The notes below the pieces were generated by a model. It did no database searches, was not told the DNA's origin, and saw nothing but the letters and a program-made list of their open reading frames with translations. A DNA stretch of 63,977 nucleotides, filler included, from Sphacelaria rigidula (taxonomy: Eukaryota), in the NCBI GenBank assembly GCA_964200075.2. It is 3 parts of 3 records of this genome, joined end to end, with 100 filler letters (N's around TTAATTAATTAA, not from the genome) between each part and the next. Parts side by side here need not be neighbours in the genome. Positions count along the whole stretch, not along the records: positions 1 to 21,805 come from CAXNAA020000383.1; 2 more parts are not named here. One strand, written 5' to 3'. Each line of letters opens with the position of its first letter. Position 1 is the first letter of the stretch. This document shows positions 1 through 11,500 of the stretch, piece after piece. The translations under genes were made by a program, and so were the position numbers.

Positions 1-2517
1 AAGGAGCTTGAGCATTTCTACCCCATTCATGTTCTTCGTACCTTCCCCGTTTTGCCCGATGATATCATCCGGTTGGCCTGCTCTTCCTACCCTCGCATTA
101 AAATCTTCCACTAACATTACTTTTCCTCGCCTTTTGTACCTATGTACATACCAAGCGAGGGGGGGGGGGGAAGTAATAAGAACCGACAAGTATCCGAAGC
201 TGTCAGCTACTGTACAGCAGACCTCCGATTGAATAGCAGGAGACAGTGATTGGACCCCCTCTAACAGAAAAGAATGCTAGCACCATGGTTTTGCGACTCG
301 TTCACCGGCCCTACAGTAGCTCTCCGTTATTGCGCACACGCAACACACGAAAGTGGGGATTTGTTGTCAAGGCTATGCACGGATCTTCATGTGCCATACT
401 CGAATCGCGCGTTCCACACCCACAGTGAATACCCCGGAGTCGAAGGACCTGGTATTAGAGAACTGCAGCGAGTGCGATGTAAAGTACAAGCTCTTCTATA
501 TCGCAAACAAGGAGCCTTCATCCCGCCGTCACATCAGTAGCGGTGAGAGAGGGTCCTGGCGCCGGTCGCGGAGTATAGAACGTTCGTAGAGCTTGACGGA
601 GACCTTGAAATGTGATGGATAGTCGTGGACGTTGATGAAGGGATCTACGAATCAACGCTAAATCCTAGGACTTCAGCAGAGATTTTGCTGCTATTTCGCA
701 GCCATCTTGTCACAGGCAAGAGGTCATTAATATAACAATCGAGGAACTGGAGGAACATTGGTGAAGCCCAACTTGGTCATCGGCTTTGAGCCCCGAGATC
801 TACGTAGTGATATAATCGAGTTATAGAAAATGTTTCTTTATTTATATAGCGTAGGTGTTTATTTCTAGCGGTGGTGATAGCACTGACAAAGACAGTGGGA
901 GATGCAGCCGGATATGCTATCCTTTCAAGACAGTGTAAACACATGTAGCTAGCGCTTGGTTAGAGGAATGCGTTTTACTCAGATGCAAACCACCCTGCTA
1001 GCGTTGTCTTGTGGTTGAAGCACTGTCTAAGGGCTGCAGCAAACGATCCCCATTTATGTGGTCATGCTTACTATCGTCTGCGGTACTCGCTCCTGAATTG
1101 GTATCATCACCAGTCTTTGCAAAAGAAGTGGGTGTGACAGAGGAATAGCCATGAGAGATATATCCCGGAGTGATCTAGCAAGGGCTTTCCAAGAACAAAT
1201 TCCCGAGTTTACTCAAGTCTGATTGGGGCTCAGCAGATGAAATGCTGTAGTCTACGCCCCAATACTATTACTCACTTCACGTCAAAACGTACATGTCTTT
1301 GTATCAGCATCGACTCGGACAAGCGGGGACGAGCCAGGGACAGGGTACGCTTTACGTCTACTGCCCAAGGAGAACGGAGAGGCGAAGAGCCAGGGGCCCA
1401 ATAAGACCGCCGCTTTGTTCGCCGACAGGCCTGAGGGAATCCTGCCTGCAAGGTGCCACGATATCTTAATGCTGAGATTATGATACACTGCTAAAATCGG
1501 GCTACGAACGCCTGGTGCGGAGATTTCAAGGACGTACGTACAAGACGTTTGCGTTATTCGTTGATACCCCCCGGGGAATCCTACCGGACAATGTCAACGC
1601 AGACTCCGCTGGATGTTATTCGCCTGCTGCCATCCTACCAGAAAATATTCCCAAGCATTAAGCGGGTCGTGATTTTTTCAGGTGCATCCACGTCGATAGG
1701 TACTGGTAAAGCGATATATGTGAAGGACACTAGTGCTATCGCGCGACGGCCCTAATTATGTACACCAATGATGCTGTACGCACCTGAATAGCTAGACCCT
1801 ATTGGTTGAAAAGAAAGACGCCATATTACGGACCAGTGGAGGTGACGATACTTGAAGCCGCGAACTTCGGTGCATTCGAAATGACCGGCCAAAACGCGCT
1901 CCTCAGAGATTCATTGACAACATCGGATAGGCTAGGTGCCGACGTTTTGCATGTTGCCGTGAACACTCTGATATCATAGTATATCCTTCGTGTGCGTTGG
2001 AACTGTTTCATGCACTCTTCCCTGAAATTTGGGCATCACAATCGTGCTGCTGAACAGATCTCGCACACGAACCATCACGACGTTTCGCCCAGTGTCCGAC
2101 GGCGAGTACGACTTCTCCATCCTCTGCCAGGTGATTTAACACGCCTACCGCAATCCTTAATCGAACGCCAACAACTGGCCTAATGCTTACCCTGGCGGAC
2201 TCCTGTCGCATCTTCAACTGCTTCTGCACAATCTGATAGGTTTCATCTCCGATAGCTACATTGCATTGCCCCGGACGAGGGTCCCAGTTGCACACATTTT
2301 ATACAGCAAGAGAGATCACCGTTAAAGCTACAGGACGAACTTCGGTAGCCGAGGTTTAAAGCAGTGCTCGCCGCGTACCGGCTTCCAGTGTCTCCACACT
2401 TTACACGCCCGACTGCATTGGCCGCTAGTACTTATTTATGAAAGTTACACACGATCCTCATCGATGCCACCACTATTATACCGAAACAGGCGTTTCCCCT
2501 CGTGAAACACTCACAAG

Positions 2518-5500
2518 GTCTTGGAGGTTGGCGAGGATGAAAAGGAGGGAAATATGTCCCCGATCAAATCCGATATGGCGGAGCAGGGGCACAAGTCTAG
2601 AGCAGCCGCGGCTATGCTAGCGGGGACAGGAATGGTACCGGGAAACGGAGGAGAGGACAGTTTGGGGGAGGAGAGTGGAATCATTCCACTTCGGTGTCGC
2701 GTGACCGGCAGGTGAGCGCTGGTAGGGGGCATGAGATGTAGTGTGAGAGAAGGGTCACCCCCAAAGGCTAAGGGAAATACCCAAGAGAGCGGGGGGAGCA
2801 GGGGTTCGGTGTGTCTATGTACAGGTTTGTACCGACTACTCTATTTGAGTGCAGACTGTAGAAACATGTTTTTCACGGTGATACTAAAGCTATACGCCTT
2901 GTTTGCAGCGTAGTGTTCAGTGCCGATGATTTCAGTAAACGTGGAATAAGGATTGACCGCGGGCAAGGCGAGCCAAATTTTGACCGAAATTCACCGCTTG
3001 TCAGACGAGCTTGGTATTTAGAGCGCCCGTCATCACACATAACACATCTCCATCATACGCACGAACTCATGTAGCACCTCCCGAGCGCCCCTGGTCACCA
3101 TCACGTCTTATACTGATATATGATTTTTCCAAAACGAGCCGATGGTGATTGTTTGGATACGATCAGGACTATAACGAGATTCGCAAGGGGTTGGGCTCCG
3201 ACTGTCCGGTCTACGTGACCCCTTGCCGCTAAATAGTTGTTGCGCGAGCTGTGTACAGGTTCAGTCACCGTGCAATAGAATTTGCCATCCTTTTGTCGAG
3301 TTCGTGGATGTCGGCGCTCCTTCAGTGGTTCTGAATACTGTCCCACCTGGACAAAATTGAGAGGTGTACCGCTCGGTATCGCTGATGTAGGACGTGTTCT
3401 ATATGTTTTCCGCGCGCAAACCTATCGAAAACGTGTGGCCGATGTTGTCAGTTCATCTGTGTACCCGTACTACTTACCGATACGAAACGTTCTATGTATC
3501 GCTAGTGTCTCTGAATATATTCAACGTGTCGGCGCATATACCCAGTGTCGTACACCATTTCCCCGCAGACATGAGTCTAGAACCATTTTCACACATGGGA
3601 GATGTTCGTTTCCCTGCGCATACATGAATATATTTGGTGACGTACTGCTTTTGTGCTTCCCCCCTAGTGTTATTGCCTCTAGTGCCATCCGTAGGGCCGA
3701 TTCGCGAGTTTCTTTTCCGGCAGATGCAATTGACTTTCTTTTGAACAGGCATGTATCTCATTTCCGCCTTTGAAGACGTGAGAATGCGAGTAATGCTCGT
3801 TCTCTTGGCTAGAGTCGACATTGTGCGGGAGTGCTGATCCAATCCGCCATACAGAATTGCAAAGTGTGTGCCTGAGGAGATATGCGTTGATCTCTTCAGA
3901 CCACAGACTCATCCCAAGAACGGGAGCAGGTCGAAAATGTGCGAAGGAGAAACTCTGCCCGCACGGAATACCGGGCAGTAATAATGTCACATCGGTACTG
4001 CCGCATTGATTTCCGGAAATGACGCGCTCGATATATTCCCATCAACGCTACTAGGAATAATTTCCCTTCTCGATGACATACAGAGTGGTGGTGAATATCG
4101 CATTTACCGGTATTTATCTATATCGAATCTGTAGCTTGGCTACCTATCTACATATATAAAGAAGACCTGGACCTGAACACAGGTCAGAATCAGCAACTGC
4201 GGATGACAGTGGTCTCAAGCTCAAACGGTGAGCAATGCTCGTAGCTTGCTTTAATTAAGTTCTCGCAGTCTCAGGAGGCAACCGAGTAGTGTTAACTTTA
4301 TTCCTTAAAAATGGCGCATGTGATCGTCGCGAAACAGGGCATCGTTTCCCACAGTGGTGTTTCGGGACGTGCGGATGACGAAAGAGGGAGGTGAAGATAT
4401 TCTAGGGGCATCGCCTCGCAATCTATGGTCCGCTCTCTCCCTTTCTGAAATAAACGACATGCTCAGCAAGCCGTTGTCCGCGGAAGACGTCAGATTCAAT
4501 CAGGTAACCGCATCAGTCGGAAAGGTGAATATGAGGCTTATCGCTCGGCATGTTACCGACTTGGAGATGTATCAATAGCAAGGTATCCGACGGGGTACAT
4601 GTACAATGTAGTACAAAGATAAGCGGCTTAAGTTGTATTCGCCAGTCGAGAGACTACACGAATGAGGATAGAGTCCTGAGTACTGATGACATATTATTTC
4701 ACCCAGCCGGATGCAGGACTCATAAGGTAACTTCTCGGGTACATCACGGAACAGAACATAGAATGAGGTGAATTTCCAACCCGGTGCATGCTCTGTTGGG
4801 CACCTCTGAAATTAGCGTCTTGCTCAGCATGGCGCTGTCCGAGGAGAAAATAGGGTTCAATCACGCTGACGATCCAATCAGGTATAATTTATACTCAAAG
4901 CCAAAGTCTACCAGGTACATCACCAGTCAGAGGTATGGTCCACTCAGGTATGCGGTTACATAGCATTTCATGTTCATGACCAGTTGCGTTCGGCAACGAT
5001 CAGGCTGAATGAAGTCACGAGCACTCTTTGAGATAAGGAATTTCCGCAGTCCCTGCCCTGCGCAGAGCTTATCCTCAAACGATACCTGACGAGCGCCGCA
5101 GCTGACACCACTCGGTGCATCATCCTGGCCGAATTCCATAGATGACGCCGTATATCACACAATATAGCAACGATGCCAAGATTGCTTCTGACCTCGATTA
5201 CAAGTCTAGAACGAGTCTGATCTACAACCGTCATCTGGACCTGATTGTCTTCGAGTGTCCTGTACCCATGCTTCTAGGAAAATACTGTCGACGAGCTATT
5301 TTGGTTTGATGCAGGAACCCCTGTAGAAGGTGTCCCGATTGCAGTACAAGCCTTTTGCCCTGCCGAATGTTGGATGGACCTCGTGAAGCGAATATGAATG
5401 GTGGTAACTCTAGAATGAAGAGAAAATATCGACATATTGCTGGATAATATTTTCAGTGCTAATACAAAATGCTGAAGCTCTGACTTGGTCTATCCTCTGG

Positions 5501-8500
5501 AATATGCAACACCGTCCCCGTCGCGTTCACGACTTCCCCCTCAATGAACAGGAATCTTCACCAGATACTTCTCAACTACCTCGATACGCCGTCCCTTATG
5601 TGCCATCAGTCATCGGTGGGGGTCCCGTCGTCATTTCGCTCCAGGTGATAATGTATCTCTGTTATCCCCAAGTATTCGAGAACACTTGCCGTGTTCCATC
5701 AACTTGGTACTCGTATCGCTACCCTTGGAGCTATCGGCACAATTGTTATCCTCACCATTTCCTTGGCTTTTGTGTAACTGCAAGCCCAACCCCAGGCCTA
5801 TCCCTAACCCGGATCCTAGGTGTGCAATCCGGGATTCCTCCCCACTGCGGTCACCGTCAACCTCCCGAACGCTAAGCCGGTAGAAATGGAGACCTGGGCC
5901 AACGAGGGCGAACCGACCGCAGAGGTACAGTAGTGGTATGAGTCGCCCAACCATAGTTGTGCTCGTTGAACGTACTCCGACGCGGAGGGGAAGATGGCAT
6001 ATCAAGTCACCAAAACAAGGCTAGATGCGTTTTTTTGTCGTCGGTGCAAGGTAGTGCGGGGTATACTTTCCCCATCATGCTCTCTCTTCGGGAGGACATT
6101 CCTTACGTGTAGTCCCCCTTGCGAAGCCGTCGGGGTCCCCGTGCGACGCCCTGGAGGGTGAAGCTTTGTGATGCACCCAGTAGGAGTTGACCGTATGTCA
6201 ACGCTCACCCGATGTTTTTTTCATTCGTAGTCAGGAGAAATGGCGTAGTGATCCTACCCAACATACTTTGATGGTGCATCAGCAATGGACTTCGGGTACT
6301 GGAATCCGGCGTGCATTATGTGTGTGTGTGTGACTGAATGTGTACCTGGGTCATGGATTCGTCTCAAATACTCTACGCTGGACCGAGATTCCTTTTGGGG
6401 GAGAAAACATTATTTCACCGAAGGCCGGGGACGGTTTCGTCTACTCTTCTTCTTGAATCCAGATGACCTCGGGAACGGTTGGCGGTACATGGTGAAAAAC
6501 TTACCTCGAGTGCGGTAAAGTAAAGATACCCACCTTTGAGACTTGGGGGCGATAGCGTCGTTGCGTCAGGATACATACGGGGGGGCGGTATCTTGCCGCA
6601 TGTACTTGTACGTGATGAGGACCAGGATATACCCTGCTTCTCAAGCAACACTATATGGCGTAATTCTCATCTCCACAACCGCGTGATATCAATAGTATAC
6701 TGACAGAAGCGAAACTGCAAAGATAAGGTCATCAGCCGTTGCTTGACGAGGTTGCCTGTGTCTCTTTATCCAAATGCCTCCCAGGAACTGCGCCAAAACG
6801 ACGTAATAGACAGACTGAAGGCCTTCACGATGGATCCATCGCCGGGCACTGAGATCGAAGTGCCGGCTGGAGAGGCGAGACCTCTGAGACTGAAATACAG
6901 TGCAGACTCGCTTTCCTACCTTGGAGTGCACGACCTACCTGTCCTGGTCAGTGCTCCTCAGTGTCTTTGATCGGAGGCTGCTTGACTGTGGTTGGTAGTT
7001 TTCCAGGTCTTGAAATAGTCTTGACTTGCTACGGCTTGGGTTTTATGAGAAGTTCACCATGTTCTTCAGCATCTGTCTGCTGATAGTGGGAGGTCTGTAA
7101 CGTGTGCGTAGCAGAAAGCATTGACGTGGGGCTGAACGACGGTGCGGACTCGCTTTCCTACCACGGAGTGCACGACCTGCCTATCCCCGTCAGTTTTTGC
7201 CGGTCTCTCCTATCAGGGGTTGCCTAGCTGTGGTTGGTAATTTTAGAAGTCTTGAAATGGTCTTGATTTGTTACAGCTTAATTTTCATGAGTACGTCGCC
7301 GTGTTCACTAGGGGCTGTCTGCTGATAGCTGTTTGTGTGTAACGTATGCAACCCAGAAAACGCCAACGTACTTTTGCATAACGCGAGGATGACTGTGATT
7401 AAGGTATTCGACAACGGTAATGCTACATCAGAACACACGCCTTTCATTTCCTCGTTGGTTCATACTGATATATTGGGATACACGGAAAGTTACCGATCGA
7501 CCTACAACAGCACCAGCCGTACTACCGACAACTATCCTGCCATACGACGCATACGTTGCGACTCTACATCGTTCGTGCACGATAATATTGGTACATTGCT
7601 GTATTTCTTACGATCCAAGCCTTCGATAGACCTACCACGATACCACATAAACGATATAAAGGCATACCGTCGGTGCGTTAGTCGGCCATACTACGGACCA
7701 TTTCCTACAACATGGAAAATGAGGGAAACAACCGCCGAAAAAGGTCTTTCTGTAAGCCTGACAGTACGTTGGGCGTAGGTAAGCATCACTAGTCCTGTAG
7801 TCATGAGATATGCACACTGCAAAAACGCAAGTTGACAATGTCATCAGTCGAAGGTGAATGGGGACAGTTCTATTGACGTAGCGCGTCGCCACAGCGCCCC
7901 GATAGTCTCACTGGTGCAACTGAAACAAGTAAATGCGGAGTAGTGCGGGTTCGATGGCCAGTAGGTACATTTGGTTATTTTCGGAGGAGTCTCTGACTTC
8001 CATCGTGGAAACCCGAAACCGCGCGAAGTAAAAAACATTTTTTGGCGAAAGTCGACGCGGTATGGTCGTGCTGATAGTCATGATCCAATCCGCGATATCA
8101 CAACGTGAGGCGTGTACCTGGGGAAAGATGTTGTAATCCCTTGAGACCGCGAACGCGTCCCGAGGAACGGGAACGGTTGGAATTACGAGGGCATGGCAAA
8201 GGGGTCCGATGATTTCGACCGGCTGGTAATCCTGTTTTTGTGTATCTGGAAGAACGTGAAGTTCAATCAGTGGTTCATTTTTGTCACCCCCCCCATGCTA
8301 CAACCTTGAAGCTTGAAGAGCCCCTACGATTTCCGTACTTTGGGCAGGTGCGCATCAAAGAAGGACGGCAGTTTTGGCTCGACCTGAAGGGAACGACGTT
8401 GCCGCTTCACTCCTCAATGCTGTATATACCAACCGGTGAGAATACCAGACGTGAAAACTAGTCCAGCCTCACGGTCAATCCCGCGAGTAGTAACCACTCT

Positions 8501-11500
8501 TGTCGGAGGCCAAAGTCGTGAAAACAGTGCAATGGAGACCAGTTGTCGCCAGTATACACTGGCTGCTTTTTTCACTGCTTGCATGAGACGAAATAGGTCT
8601 TGAACTATCACAAAAACAGATGCAGCACGGCTGTTCCTTTCACCTGTAACGCGTGGTTTTCAATGCTTGATGAAACGCAATCGGTACGTTACCCTGCTTG
8701 ACCTTGTGACTGGATATGCTCAGCATGATTGGACGCTTTCTCCCACGTAACGCTCAATAGAGGGCACAGCAATTGTTGTCATTATCGGCAGAGCTTACCT
8801 TTACGCCGGAGTAGTGATACAGGGAGAAAATATGTTTAACCCGCTTCAGCGTCCGGACATGGCGTCAACATCATTGCGCATTGCTCATGACACGAAAACG
8901 GTCTACAGCTCTCAGACAGGATGTCGAACGGACGAAACGGCAGCGCATTGTACGCGAAGGTGAGCCATACCGTTAATCTCGCGCTTGCATGCAAACACTT
9001 CCGCGCTGCTATTTCGTTACTCGTTACTATCCTGCTACCAACAACAGGACTGACAAGAGAGTATACCCTGGAGCCGGTGGCAGTCGGCACACCCATTGTG
9101 GAAGCACCGTTGCAAACTACGGAAATCCTTAACGTTGGGGAGTCTGGCCTGTCCTACTTCGTCGATGAAGACAGGATTGAAGATGAAAATGCTCTGCAGG
9201 GGCATGGAGTGCCGGTGAGACGGCGTGTAAGTAGATAAACCACATGCATAATGCACCTGGCACTCACGTGAACATGAATCGCTCACTGTACACAGTGAAC
9301 CATTTAACCACCACGGTAGGTCGTCTGGTTACTGCAGTAGTTGCGCAAGTGATCGTGACGCCGATTCGACAGATGGGCCACCCTGGCGGCCAACGATTCA
9401 GTAAAAGGTCAGTAGTTCACGCTGGCTGATGGGATATAGTTAGGGTTACGGTATAAATAAGGTGTATTCCTTGACGTCAGCAAAGATGGACGTTCACATG
9501 CCACGAACATTCTGCAGCAGGCCAACCTCGACACACGTGTGATCAACCTAGCTCTTCTGAGCACGGATGACAATCGGCTCTCGCTGAAAAACACAATGCA
9601 GTTGGAGGACGGCAGTTGCCGCCGGCCGCCGTCGGTTGCACTACCACTTTCATCGACACGACGTTGGGCTAGTTTTGTTGTCTGGCATGCCGGAGTCGGT
9701 TGTCTTCCTGGCTTTAGTCGTTCGACGTCGTGGAAACAATAGGTGGCGCAGAAATGTATGCGAGTCAATGGCTGCGGGAATGATAATCCAGCACTCGAGG
9801 ACAGAATACAAGCCCGGCGCCGGTAGAGAAATGGGATGATCCCATGTGGGCACGGATTGACCCAGAGGAACCCGGGGTTAACGTACGGTGCAATCACCAA
9901 TCGCATGGCAACGTGTATCAAGAACTGCTTGTCTATAGCATTACATTCCTATATTTCTGCAACCACGACAATAAAGCCTTCCAACCTCGCGGTCATGAAG
10001 TCCACGTTCAAAATGAAAAACTCAACATTCCCGCACATCCCAGCGAAAAGAGTGATGAAAGATGATACGGTCTGAAAAAAGCGGGCGACAACGGGTTAAT
10101 GACCCCATACTAGGAAAAACGCCGAACTTAATCGGAAGTGTTTCAATGAAGGAGCGAATTCTCGTCTCGCGGCCGGATACTTAAGTGATGCGCGGAACCC
10201 CCAACTCAGCAGGTTTTCAGGCTTGAGGAGAGTCGCGGTACAATCTCAGGGTGCGGCTCGGCATTTTTGAGATGGCGCTTTTTGCCAGTGGAAGCCAAGG
10301 AGTACGTTCTCAAGGTAAGTTACTCACCGCTACAGGGGTGAACGAGTCTGTCGCAGAACCGAATTTACGATACCGTTTGAAACTTCTCGATCCAATACGC
10401 AAATACTAGTCATTATCTGCGTTTAGTTCCTTATCTCAGAAGCATACATTTGAACGAAAAACTATTGATCCCCTCCATATAAATCTACTTCGATCCACCC
10501 TCGTGAGAGATTTTGCACATACAGCTTCGCTCGGGTGTTTGAATTGCCTCTCGTCCTACAAAACCGTAGCGTGTAATGGTTCTGCAGCGTGTCGTTCAGA
10601 TTGCACCTTCCTTCAGCTCTTTTGGTTCTGATGAGTCTGCACGCCAAAATCCGTGCTGGGGTTATCTGTGGCGCGTCAGCATGATGCGGGGGGCACAGGC
10701 TTTTGGTGAAGATCAATGATCGGAGTACGATGTTCTGCGAGCTCTGCACGTCTACTCAAAATCATACACATGCACGTAGGATTCTACACCCACGATGTGC
10801 CGCTGCTCGCCAAGCGCTTGTGAATAGCACAGCAGTGACTACAGTGACACCCGGAAAGTTGGGGAACACGGAAATGCGGGGTTGAGCAGGGAATCCGGGA
10901 TTCTAGAACTTCGGAAGAGGACTATTTTACCGAACGTGAGAATGACACGTTCATGTTCTATTTCGGAACGCTGTTGGCCCCCCTCATTGGTGTTATTGTG
11001 CTGCTAGTACCTCACAATACCGTGTGAAGAGAAAAACTGGCCTTTTTGTATCAACAGCGAGGATATTGGGGTATTGTATGCGGGTACGTGCTTCCCGGTA
11101 AACGCTAAACGAAACGCGTATGCTCTATCCCCGCCCTTGCCGCCGTTTAAACGGCTTAGGTCAACGTGCGTACCCATCCAGAGTTTGAAGGACAAGGTTC
11201 TGAACAGTCCTTGGAGATCACGCTGAAAGGGAAGGGATATGACCCAAGGACATACGATCCGTACAGGTGAATTGCGCCTGTGGTTCTTGTTCATATTCTC
11301 TCGACGCGGTTGTATCGGGTTCCCGGTTCTCCTACAAGTTTCAACGCTGTTCGCATAAGAAGCTTTTTCAATACATGGGAATTTCATTGAACCCTTCGTC
11401 GATTGTCTGGACTTCTCATGTGTATGTTCTGTATACTGAAGACGCAAGCCTAAGCAAATGGCATATTCCTGGAAGGGTCGAAGCACATTATGTTTACCAG

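Noticed and set aside
5783..5820. Telomere-like ccctaaccc motifs (also about 14823, 36387, 48985)
   Set aside because: Only 1-3 degenerate units; common low-complexity or repeat-associated sequence, not an interstitial telomere.
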